A stretch of 64,000 nt of DNA from an uncultured Eubacteriales bacterium (lineage in GTDB: Bacteria; Bacillota; Clostridia; TANB77; CAG-508): the NCBI GenBank assembly GCA_948468315.1, contig CAOKHL010000005.1, positions 25,971-89,970 of the forward strand. The letters run 5' to 3'. The notes beneath the pieces were generated by a model, which saw only the letters and a list, made by a program, of their open reading frames with translations, made no database searches and was not told where the DNA came from. The position numbers and the translations under genes are program-made. How positions within the stretch are numbered: the stretch's first letter is position 1; each line of letters starts with the position of its first letter. Positions 46,575-54,840 of this stretch are shown piece after piece.

Positions 46575-47621
46575 TTATTTTTTATTGTTTATATATAGAC
46601 CTAATCCAAGTGTGCTTATTATGAAAATTGTTAATGGTATATATAAGTTGTTACCTGTTTTTGGTAATTCTGTTGGTTTTTGTTCTTCTGGTTTTTCTTG
46701 TTCACTTGGAGCTTCTGGTTGTGTTGGTTCTGTTGGTGTAGTTTCTCCTGGTTCTTCTGGTGGTGGTGTAATTGACTCTTCTTTTGCTGTAAATGAAAAT
46801 TGATTTTCTGAAATTACAATATCTGAATTATCTCTATCTATTAGTTTTAAAGTTATTGTATAATCACCTATTCCTGTAAATAATCCTTTTACATTTAATA
46901 CTTGTGAAACGTCTTTTCCTCCTATTGAATATCCTTGTGGATCACCCCATCCACTTTGAATTATATCTTCTTTTGCTTGTGTATTAGTATCTATTGCTGT
47001 TAATTTGACATTTTCACCATCAGGGCTTGTTGCTTCTGCAACTAATCTTGCATGTTCGTAAAAACGTCCCATACTAGAAGAATAAGAAAGTGTCATATCT
47101 TTTTCTTGTCCAACTATTATATCTCCTGTATGTGTTAAATTTATTACATAATCTTGATATTCTGGTTCTACTGTAATGTTTTTTACTATTGGGGTTGTAA
47201 TATCATCATAAGTAACTGATGCATCTGCATTTGCTAATCCTTCTCCTATTACTGTAAGTTCTGTTGGGTTTGATGTTACAATATCAGATTTTGCTCTAAA
47301 TACCATATTCATATTTTGTCTTGGGCTACTTCCTCCTGTTGTATCATAAAATGTTACTCTTACTTTGTCTGTTGTATCATTTGCTGTCCCTCCATCTACT
47401 GATACATATTCAAAAATATTGTTGTCATATGAAACATCAAATGTATATGCTCCTAAATCTTGTCCAAAATTTATTGTTAATGTTACTTCTTCTCCTGGTC
47501 TTACTATTTGTTTTGTTGTATCCACAGTAAGTGTGTCTAAAGATGCTGCATTAACTTTTCCTGTTAATATAAATGTTATAATTAATGCGAAAATTATAAC
47601 AAAACTAGCTATTTTTTTCAT
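46575..47621 (-). CDS. Cohesin-like domain surface protein with an LPXTG sorting signal
   Basis: Signal peptide, then a cohesin-like block (VRPGEEVTLTINFGQDLGAYTFDVSYDNNIFEYVSV...MVFRAKSD). A Pro/Glu-rich stalk leads to LPKTG, a TM helix and a KK tail. It lies directly upstream of the sortase. Confidence 0.7.
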   Translation of the reverse strand: MKKIASFVIIFALIITFILTGKVNAASLDTLTVDTTKQIVRPGEEVTLTINFGQDLGAYTFDVSYDNNIFEYVSVDGGTANDTTDKVRVTFYDTTGGSSPRQNMNMVFRAKSDIVTSNPTELTVIGEGLANADASVTYDDITTPIVKNITVEPEYQDYVINLTHTGDIIVGQEKDMTLSYSSSMGRFYEHARLVAEATSPDGENVKLTAIDTNTQAKEDIIQSGWGDPQGYSIGGKDVSQVLNVKGLFTGIGDYTITLKLIDRDNSDIVISENQFSFTAKEESITPPPEEPGETTPTEPTQPEAPSEQEKPEEQKPTELPKTGNNLYIPLTIFIISTLGLGLYINNKK

Positions 47622-47798
47622 AACTTTTTTCCTCCTTTTTTGTTTTATAATTCTATTATGACTTTTTTTTGGAGAAAAATAACTAGAAAAATTTGTCGAT
47701 TTTTATTTTTTCATATAAATTCTAATTTTATTTTATAATTTGTGAATTTTAAAAAAAAAATAGTTTAAATTTTTGAAAATCTAAACTATTTTTTATTT

Positions 47799-48236
47799 TT
47801 ATTTGGTTTTTGAAGCCATTTGTCTAAATATGTCATTAAATATATTAGCTGTATCTATTGCGTTTTCTTCTAGTTTTTCGTCTAATTTTTCTATTTTGTA
47901 TTCTAGTTGTCTAAATCCATCATTCATTTTGATACTTAATGAATTTTTTATTGTCTCAATTTTTTCATCTTGAGCTTTAAATCCTTCTTGCATTTCGGCT
48001 CTTAATTTGTTTTCTAAGTTGTCTATTTTTTCATCTTGTTTTTTAAAACGTTCTTGCATTTCGATTCTTAATGTCTCAATTTTTTCATCTTGAGTTTTAA
48101 ATCCTTCTTGCATTTCGGCTCTTAATTTACTTTCTAAGTTTTTAAACCCTTCTTTCATTTCGGTTCTCAAAGTGCCTTCTAGTTCTCCTATTTGTCTAGA
48201 CAAAAGAACAAATTGTTCTATTATTACATTTTCCAT
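47799..48236 (-). CDS. Coiled-coil repeat protein
   Basis: The unit (L)R(A/I/T)EMQEGFK.QDEKIE... occurs four or five times. The repeats are also visible at DNA level (48000-48140). Confidence 0.4.
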   Translation of the reverse strand: MENVIIEQFVLLSRQIGELEGTLRTEMKEGFKNLESKLRAEMQEGFKTQDEKIETLRIEMQERFKKQDEKIDNLENKLRAEMQEGFKAQDEKIETIKNSLSIKMNDGFRQLEYKIEKLDEKLEENAIDTANIFNDIFRQMASKTK

Positions 48237-48440
48237 CTGTTTCCTCCCTTCATGTTATATTTTATTGTTATTTCGGGCATCACACTCCTATTTTTTAGTT
48301 TTGAAAGAAATAAATTAAGTTTAAACTTAATTTAAATAGTAATTTAAATCTAATTGTGCTAAAATTGAGCAACTGATTTAAGATTTTAACTTTTTAAATT
48401 ATACCATAATATCATAAAATATCAATCTTTTTACTTATAT

Positions 48441-49004
48441 TTAATTCATAACTTCTAATTTACTATTTAATTTTCTAAAAACCCTCTCAACCATCCATTT
48501 CTCATCACAAATATTTTCTATATTTTGTATATCTACCCATTTAACACCACTATTTTCATCTTCCTTTACTTTTAGTCTTTCGTCTTCATCTACTTCTACA
48601 AGATATGTTAAATTCAAATGTACATGAGCTGGTACATATTTACCCTTTTTGGTATGACCCTCAACATGTATAACCTCTAATGAAAATATATCATCTTCAA
48701 GTACTTTTACATTTGCAACTCCAGTTTCTTCTTTTAATTCACGAATAGCTGTATTTAATAAATCTTCTTCTCCATCTGCATGACCTCCTGTCCATGTCCA
48801 TGATTTATAAATATTATGGTATATCATTAATACCTTTGACCTTTCTTTATTCACAGCCAAACTTGAAGCTGTAAAATGTCCAAATTCATTATTTCTTGTT
48901 AATACATCATCAAATGTATTTATATATTTTAACATAATCTCTTTGTCTTTTTCTTCTTGTTCATTATATGGTTTATATCTTTCAATTTGTTCTCTAAAAT
49001 TCAT
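48441..49004 (-). CDS. NUDIX hydrolase
   Basis: Nudix box GGHADGEEDLLNTAIRELKEETG. Confidence 0.8.
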   Translation of the reverse strand: MNFREQIERYKPYNEQEEKDKEIMLKYINTFDDVLTRNNEFGHFTASSLAVNKERSKVLMIYHNIYKSWTWTGGHADGEEDLLNTAIRELKEETGVANVKVLEDDIFSLEVIHVEGHTKKGKYVPAHVHLNLTYLVEVDEDERLKVKEDENSGVKWVDIQNIENICDEKWMVERVFRKLNSKLEVMN

Positions 49005-49066
49005 TCTTATCTCTCCTTATTATATATAAAAATGAGACAATTTTTAACTGTCTCATTTCATATTTT

Positions 49067-49774
49067 TTATTTTAATTTACTTGCTGCAGTATTTACAGAC
49101 ATTATTAAAGAATTATATTTTGTTAGTTGTGACATATCTGAAAATTCAACCTTATCATTTCTTATTTGCCATTTTCCTTGGTTTTCTTTTAAGAAATTAA
49201 ATATTTCATCTATTTTATCTAAATAGTTATTTACATTATCAATAGTACTATTTACATCTTTTAATTCACTTTCTAATTTAATACTTTCTTTAAATAAATC
49301 TTTATATTTTCCACTTAAATTACAGTCTGTTGCTCTTTTTTCTTTGTATTCCTCTGTAACCATTTCTCCTAATTTTGTTTTTGTTTCTTCTCCTTTTGCT
49401 TTTACATCATTAATTAATTTTTTAGATTCTTCAAAATTTGGTCCATCATTTTTGTAATTGTCTGCTGATAAAATAGTTGTAAATTTTTCATTTTGATATT
49501 GATTTACCATATCTTTTGCAACACCTTGGTATTCAATAATATAATCTTTTAATGCTTTTTCTACTTCAGCATATTTACCTTTTGATTTAATCTCCTCATT
49601 TACTTCTCCTGATTGATTGATACTTTCCATTTCTTTACCAATAATCTCTTTTTGCTTATACTCATTTGCAGATAAGACTCCTAATACTATTACTATAATT
49701 GCTGCAATTACTGATATTATAGTAGTAATTTTTTTGTTGTTAGATTTTTTTTCTTCCATTTTTATTCCTCCCAA
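49067..49774 (-). CDS. Membrane-anchored hypothetical protein
   Basis: One N-terminal TM helix followed by a Lys/Glu-rich helical ectodomain. No family was recognised. Confidence 0.35.
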   Translation of the reverse strand: MGGIKMEEKKSNNKKITTIISVIAAIIVIVLGVLSANEYKQKEIIGKEMESINQSGEVNEEIKSKGKYAEVEKALKDYIIEYQGVAKDMVNQYQNEKFTTILSADNYKNDGPNFEESKKLINDVKAKGEETKTKLGEMVTEEYKEKRATDCNLSGKYKDLFKESIKLESELKDVNSTIDNVNNYLDKIDEIFNFLKENQGKWQIRNDKVEFSDMSQLTKYNSLIMSVNTAASKLK

Positions 49775-49854
49775 TTATTTTCTGTTTTCTTTTTACCTGA
49801 AAACAATTTGTATTATAACACCATTTTTTTTAATAGACAATAGTTTTTTTAATT

Positions 49855-50812
49855 TTATTTATATTTTTCCCAATATCCATTTGAATATATTTTTTCGACT
49901 CCGCTTGTATTATATATTTTATTTCCACCTGTAAATGATATATCTTTTGTTTGTGACCCGCCAACCTGTTCCTGTATCTGTTTTTTGTACAAATAAAAAT
50001 TTATCATAATCTTCTGGTATTGTATATTTATAATATTTATTACTCTCTACTTCCTTTAAAAATTCTAATGGTACTCCTGGCCAAGTTGTAGAATCCCCTG
50101 TTGTATCTTTCCACATATGAATATTAATTTGACCTTCCCAATTTGTCTGAAAATATATATCTCTACTGCTTGGGTCTGTGTTTCTAAATATAAATCCATT
50201 TTGTGCCATTTTTAAATCTATCGTCTGAATTAAAGAAGTCCCATTATTAAAAATAATATTTTCTCCTTCATATGCTTCAGGAACCGTATATTCATATATG
50301 TTATCTGTTTCTTTGGTTAATTTTGCTTTTACACCTGGCCATTTCATCCATTCATAGTTTTTATCATTTTTAACTTTCCACACATATGCATATATTGTAT
50401 CTGTATCCCAATTTTATCCTTTTTCAAAATACAGAGTTACTTTACTTATAGGCACATCTACTTCTGCCTTTTTTATCTTTATCGTCTCATAATCTTCTCC
50501 ATTTGGTAAAATATCTATTTCCCCATCATCAAACACACCATTACTAACTAAGTCATTTTTTATATTTGCTGCTGTTATTTTCATATTCTGAAATTTAAGA
50601 TTTACTTTAGATAACTCTATTTGTTCTTTTATATATTCTATATTATATCTGTTTCTCGCCTCTATTGCATTATTTAATATTCCTCCTTTTCCTGTTAAAA
50701 GAGAAATGCTTATTCCAGATAAAATCAATAATACTATAATCGTTATAACAAGGACTATCAATGTAATTCCATTATCTTTTCTACAAAATCTTCTATAATT
50801 TTTTTCTTTCAT
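49855..50812 (-). pseudogene. Pilin-like N-terminus fused to tandem starch-binding-like (CBM26-type pattern) repeats; interrupted by an in-frame TAA (50414-50416) and a CGG shift site (49958-49960)
   Basis: The ORFs 50414..50812 and 49919..50383 are in the same frame, separated only by a TAA inside a domain (VTLYFEKG*NWDTDTIYAYVW). After CGG the +1 frame continues TGTGW-G-SQTKDISFTGGNKIY...WEKYK* to 49855. Confidence 0.45.
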
Positions 50813-50851
50813 TTTTCCCCCTTGTAAACTTCTTTTTTTGTCTAATAAATG

Positions 50852-51643
50852 TTACTCATATTGCTTTAAATATTCTATATATTCTTCCAAACAAAAATCC
50901 TTTTCCTTCATAAATTTAGCATTTTCAATTCCAACATATCTATAATGCCATGGTTCATAATTTATCATTGTAATATCTTTTTTATCTGTTGGATATCTTA
51001 ATACAAAACCATAATCTGTACAATGTTCTATTAACCATTTTTGTACTTGTGTTTTTTCTTGTTTTTCATCTAACACCTGATAGTTTATAGATACAATATC
51101 TACTGCTAACCCAATTTCATGTTCACTAGTTCTTGGAATAGCTACCCAACGAGATGCTTCTACTTCTGCCTTTTCATTTGTATATCCTTGTCTTTTATAT
51201 TTATTTACTTTTTTATCAAATAGTTTTTGCTGATCTTCACTTTTTCTATAACTTGAACAAATATAAGGTTTTAATCCTTCCTTTTTGGCATCTGAAATCA
51301 TTTCAATAAGAGCTGATTTTATTCTACTATCTACTTTATTTTTTGAGTCTACATCTGTTACTTCAAATTTGTAATTATCAGGTATTTTATTTTCTTTATT
51401 TACTAAAATTAAATTCCAATCAGTAGTTTTACTCGATATTTCTGGTTTTGGCTTTTCTTCATTACTTATTCTTTGTTCATTAGAGGTATTTATTGACATA
51501 GCTGTTTCCATTGTCTTTTCATCATTTTTTTCGTTTTTGTTTTTATTAAATACTATTATTAATATAATACCAATAATTACTATAAACATAATTCGTCTTT
51601 GCCTATTTTTCTTTTTTAATCTTCTACGCTTTGTCTTCTTCAT
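50852..51643 (-). CDS. VanY-like D-alanyl-D-alanine carboxypeptidase (M15B), membrane anchored
   Basis: Contains SSYRKSEDQQKLF, SEHEIGLAVDI and WHYRYVG. Confidence 0.8.
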   Translation of the reverse strand: MKKTKRRRLKKKNRQRRIMFIVIIGIILIIVFNKNKNEKNDEKTMETAMSINTSNEQRISNEEKPKPEISSKTTDWNLILVNKENKIPDNYKFEVTDVDSKNKVDSRIKSALIEMISDAKKEGLKPYICSSYRKSEDQQKLFDKKVNKYKRQGYTNEKAEVEASRWVAIPRTSEHEIGLAVDIVSINYQVLDEKQEKTQVQKWLIEHCTDYGFVLRYPTDKKDITMINYEPWHYRYVGIENAKFMKEKDFCLEEYIEYLKQYE

Positions 51644-51711
51644 ATTTTTTCCTCTTTTTTTATAAATATTACATTATAATTATACTTCTTTTTCATTTTT
51701 AATGCAATAAC

Positions 51712-52434
51712 TTACAAATATTTCATTCCCTTCTTAGCCTGTGAATATTCATCATGATGTTTTATTTTATAATGTTTTCCATTTATTACAAAATTAGAGC
51801 CTGTCTGATGAAAATCAAATTTTACATTATATTTATCACATGTTTTTTTTATATTTTTTACCCATTCAAAATTACAAACACGAGCATTATTGTAAGATTC
51901 TCCACCAACAGAAACTAAATCAATCTTTCCAGTACTTAAAAACTCACTAAAATCTATATCTTCTAGAATTGGAGAAGCAAAAATATATTTACGTTTTGCT
52001 TTAATATCAAGTAAAATCGGTAATCTTTCATTTGCCTTTTCTTGATTTTCACAAGTAACTGCTATTATAACATTATCATACCCATCTTCCCAATCATCTG
52101 GTATACAATCATTAAATCTATGTATCCTTTTTGTACAAATTAAAAATGTAACATCTTTTCTTTGTTTAATAATCTTCCATATATCCTTTCTCCACTCATC
52201 TGCTTCTTCTAGAAAAAAATCTGATGTAAAACATGTTGCCAACTCACTTTCTGAAGGTATTTTATAGTTACCTTGTCTATCCTTTTTCAATGGTAAATTA
52301 AAATTTGTTTTTACTTTATTTATAATACTAGCATCTTTATCTCTCAACTTATCTAAATAATATACATAACAATTCAAACATCCAGGACTACATTTATGAC
52401 ATCCATGCCATGGATTCCAAAGTATATGTTTCAT
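51712..52434 (-). CDS. DUF5131 (phage Gp37/Gp68-like) family protein
   Basis: A GGGAGG RBS lies before the ATG at 52434. The N-terminus is MKHILWNPWHGCHKCSPGCLNCY. Confidence 0.7.
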   Translation of the reverse strand: MKHILWNPWHGCHKCSPGCLNCYVYYLDKLRDKDASIINKVKTNFNLPLKKDRQGNYKIPSESELATCFTSDFFLEEADEWRKDIWKIIKQRKDVTFLICTKRIHRFNDCIPDDWEDGYDNVIIAVTCENQEKANERLPILLDIKAKRKYIFASPILEDIDFSEFLSTGKIDLVSVGGESYNNARVCNFEWVKNIKKTCDKYNVKFDFHQTGSNFVINGKHYKIKHHDEYSQAKKGMKYL

Positions 52435-52463
52435 TTTTCCTCCCTTTTTAATTCCAAAATTAT

Positions 52464-53096
52464 TCATTTAATTTTAACACCTATCAAATACAATAAATCC
52501 ATTGCTTGAAACCTATCTATTATAGCTCCTTTTATATCTTCTATCGAAATAGCAATTCTTTCAATTTTACTATTAGATAAATCTATTCCATTTAAACTTG
52601 TTTTAAAAAATTGAGCTTGTGTTAAATCTATATTTTTAAAGCCAATCTTTTTCATTTTAGTTTCTTGAAAATAAGAATTTGTAATCTGTAAATCTTCAAA
52701 TAAAATATTTTCAATGCTCGCATTAGATAAATTTATATAATTCATGTTTGTTTCAAAAAATTTAACATTATATAATCTATCTTCTGATAAATTACATCCA
52801 GATAATTTACAGTTATTAAATTCACATCTAATAAAAGTATTTTCAATAAAATCTGTATTTGAAAAATCACAATTTTCAAAAATAACATCACTAAATGTAA
52901 TTTTCTCTAACTTTGCTTTTTGCATAATTATATTACTAAATCTACAATGTTCAAATTCAAGTTGTTGTAAATTTATATTATTACATTCTTCATTTTGAAA
53001 AATATTATATGACAAATTCTCATCTTCATTAACATTATTTAATAATGCTATTTCTAACTGTTCTAAATTCATTTTTTGTGGTTTTACTATATTCAT
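52464..53096 (-). CDS. Pentapeptide-repeat protein
   Basis: Runs of A(D/N)LxF-type pentapeptides (FENCDFSNTDFIENTFIRCEFNNCKLSGCNLSE...). Confidence 0.75.
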   Translation of the reverse strand: MNIVKPQKMNLEQLEIALLNNVNEDENLSYNIFQNEECNNINLQQLEFEHCRFSNIIMQKAKLEKITFSDVIFENCDFSNTDFIENTFIRCEFNNCKLSGCNLSEDRLYNVKFFETNMNYINLSNASIENILFEDLQITNSYFQETKMKKIGFKNIDLTQAQFFKTSLNGIDLSNSKIERIAISIEDIKGAIIDRFQAMDLLYLIGVKIK

Positions 53097-53174
53097 TTTC
53101 CTCACCAATTTTTATTATAGCATATTTTTATAGAAAATGGTTACAATACTTTTATAATTTTGGGAGGTGATTTT

Positions 53175-53732
53175 TTGAAATTAACAATATGTGAATTAAG
53201 TTATTTAAATGAATTAATTACAAGTTGTGTTAACACAATTACTTGTATGTCTTTATTTAAAAACCAAGTTACTGATGAAGAATTGAAATCTATGTTAAAT
53301 ACTCATTTTCCTGTTCATGTGGAAGATTACAATAAAAAAGTAGAATTTGTAAAAAATGCTGATACAGCTAATGGGAAATTAAATGTTCCTGAACTTAACA
53401 CTTCTATTTTCTCACAAGAATTAACAGAAACCAAACCCGCTAAACCTATCACAGTTAATACAAATGTTACTCAACTAACAGATAGAGAAATCGCTTTATC
53501 ATATTTCTTAACATTAAAAAGAGCTGGTAAAGAATACTCAATCGCTTCTATGGAAGCAACAAATCCAACTTTAAGACAATTTCTAAAAGATGCTTATACA
53601 ATGAGTTGTAATCATTCTTATGAAGTATATGAGTGGATGGCCAAAAACCACTATTATCCTTTAATAGTTTCAACAGGTGAACAAGCTGGTGATATTGCTA
53701 GCATATATAATCCTATTCCAATGGATAACTAA
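53175..53732 (+). CDS. Spore coat protein F (CotF)-like
   Basis: A GGGAGGTGA RBS precedes a TTG start. A LNE/...LK..A..Y pattern is duplicated, as in the Coat_F family (ELSYLNELITS...; EIALSYFLTLKRAGKEYSIASMEATNP). Confidence 0.6.
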   Translation: MKLTICELSYLNELITSCVNTITCMSLFKNQVTDEELKSMLNTHFPVHVEDYNKKVEFVKNADTANGKLNVPELNTSIFSQELTETKPAKPITVNTNVTQLTDREIALSYFLTLKRAGKEYSIASMEATNPTLRQFLKDAYTMSCNHSYEVYEWMAKNHYYPLIVSTGEQAGDIASIYNPIPMDN

Positions 53733-53740
53733 TTTTTTTT

Positions 53741-53814
53741 ATTGGGGACAGGTCCTTTTGTGAAAGGACCTGTCCCCAATAAAAAAAGTTCTGTCCCTTT
53801 TCCAAAAGGGACAG
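53741..53814. repeat. Two REP-like palindromes (GGGACAGGTC family) forming a bidirectional terminator between convergent genes
   Basis: attggggacaggtcctttt gtg aaaggacctgtccccaat is flanked by T8 and A7. A second hairpin follows: ctgtccctttt cc aaaagggacag. Confidence 0.75.
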
Positions 53815-53836
53815 GTCCCTATACAAAAATGTGTAC

Positions 53837-54748
53837 CTAATTTTTCATGGCATATTCTGCTAATTTTATTATATCTTCTTTGCTTTCTGCACTGCATATA
53901 AATCCTGCATTATGGCAAAATCTTGCTGTTTTTATTCCTGTTACTTGCTGAAGAGCTTCATCTCTTAGACCTCTCCACTTTAAAGGTAAACTTTTTCTAT
54001 TTTCAAAGCTTCCTATTTCTTTTGGAACTGCATATAAATTATATCCTCCTCTTTGAGATGGATATATTACAAATTTTATATCTATTGCTTTTTTATTTTC
54101 TGATTGTAATAAAAATTCTTTCCATGGCATAAATTCATCTAATATCATAATTTCATCTTTTGCTTTTTCTATAGCTATTTCAATTAAGTCTTTTGCTTTT
54201 ATTTTTGAAATTGTATCTTGTAAAAATTCTTCAAAAATAATTTCACCCAATTTTAAAGCTTCCATAAATTTTTCGTCACTATCTATATCTTCGTCCCATC
54301 TTGGATTAAATAATCCTATTATATAAGATAAATGTACATTTCTATAATCAGTAGGTAACTTTGGAAGTTCTCCATTGTCATTTGCATCTATAAATTGAAT
54401 TAAATTTTTATCTATATAATTCCAAACATAATCAATTTCTTTTATATTATATTTTTTTAACATTTCTTTTCCAAATTCTTTCCATATTAGCCCACATGCT
54501 GCATATTTTATACCATTTTCTCTTTTACCATTTCCGCCTATTTGGTGATGGTCAAATTTTCCTCCACCTATATCATATACTATAGCATTTTCTTTTATAT
54601 TTTCTCTAAATTCTGGTAATCTAATTATTACTATTTCTGGCATTACTTTAGAAAGTATTAATGTTGAGAATATTTCATCAGCATGGAATGCACCACTATG
54701 AGTTATGCAGTTTGCTTCATTTATATTTTTTGTTATCTTTATATTCAT
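53837..54748 (-). CDS. MYG1 / UPF0160 family metal-dependent hydrolase
   Basis: A GGAG RBS lies before the ATG at 54748. The N-terminus is ITHSGAFHADEIFSTLIL, with DHHQ downstream. The longer ORF-track start reads through a REP hairpin and was rejected. Confidence 0.8.
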   Translation of the reverse strand: MNIKITKNINEANCITHSGAFHADEIFSTLILSKVMPEIVIIRLPEFRENIKENAIVYDIGGGKFDHHQIGGNGKRENGIKYAACGLIWKEFGKEMLKKYNIKEIDYVWNYIDKNLIQFIDANDNGELPKLPTDYRNVHLSYIIGLFNPRWDEDIDSDEKFMEALKLGEIIFEEFLQDTISKIKAKDLIEIAIEKAKDEIMILDEFMPWKEFLLQSENKKAIDIKFVIYPSQRGGYNLYAVPKEIGSFENRKSLPLKWRGLRDEALQQVTGIKTARFCHNAGFICSAESKEDIIKLAEYAMKN

Positions 54749-54780
54749 AAAAATCTCCATTCCTTTCGTATTTTTTATAA

Positions 54781-54818
54781 TTGGGGACAGGTCTTTTCGC
54801 GAAAAGACCTGTCCCCAA
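54781..54818. repeat. REP-like palindrome (GGGACAGGTC family)
   Basis: ttggggacaggtctttt cgcg aaaagacctgtccccaa. Confidence 0.75.
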
Positions 54819-54840
54819 TGCAAAAAAAGTAAAAGAGGCA

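Noticed and set aside
50852-53108. Treating VanY-like, DUF5131 (Gp37/Gp68-like) and pentapeptide-repeat genes as a prophage remnant.
   Set aside because: There is no integrase, no structural or lysis genes, no att-like repeats and no compositional break. DUF5131 alone is insufficient.
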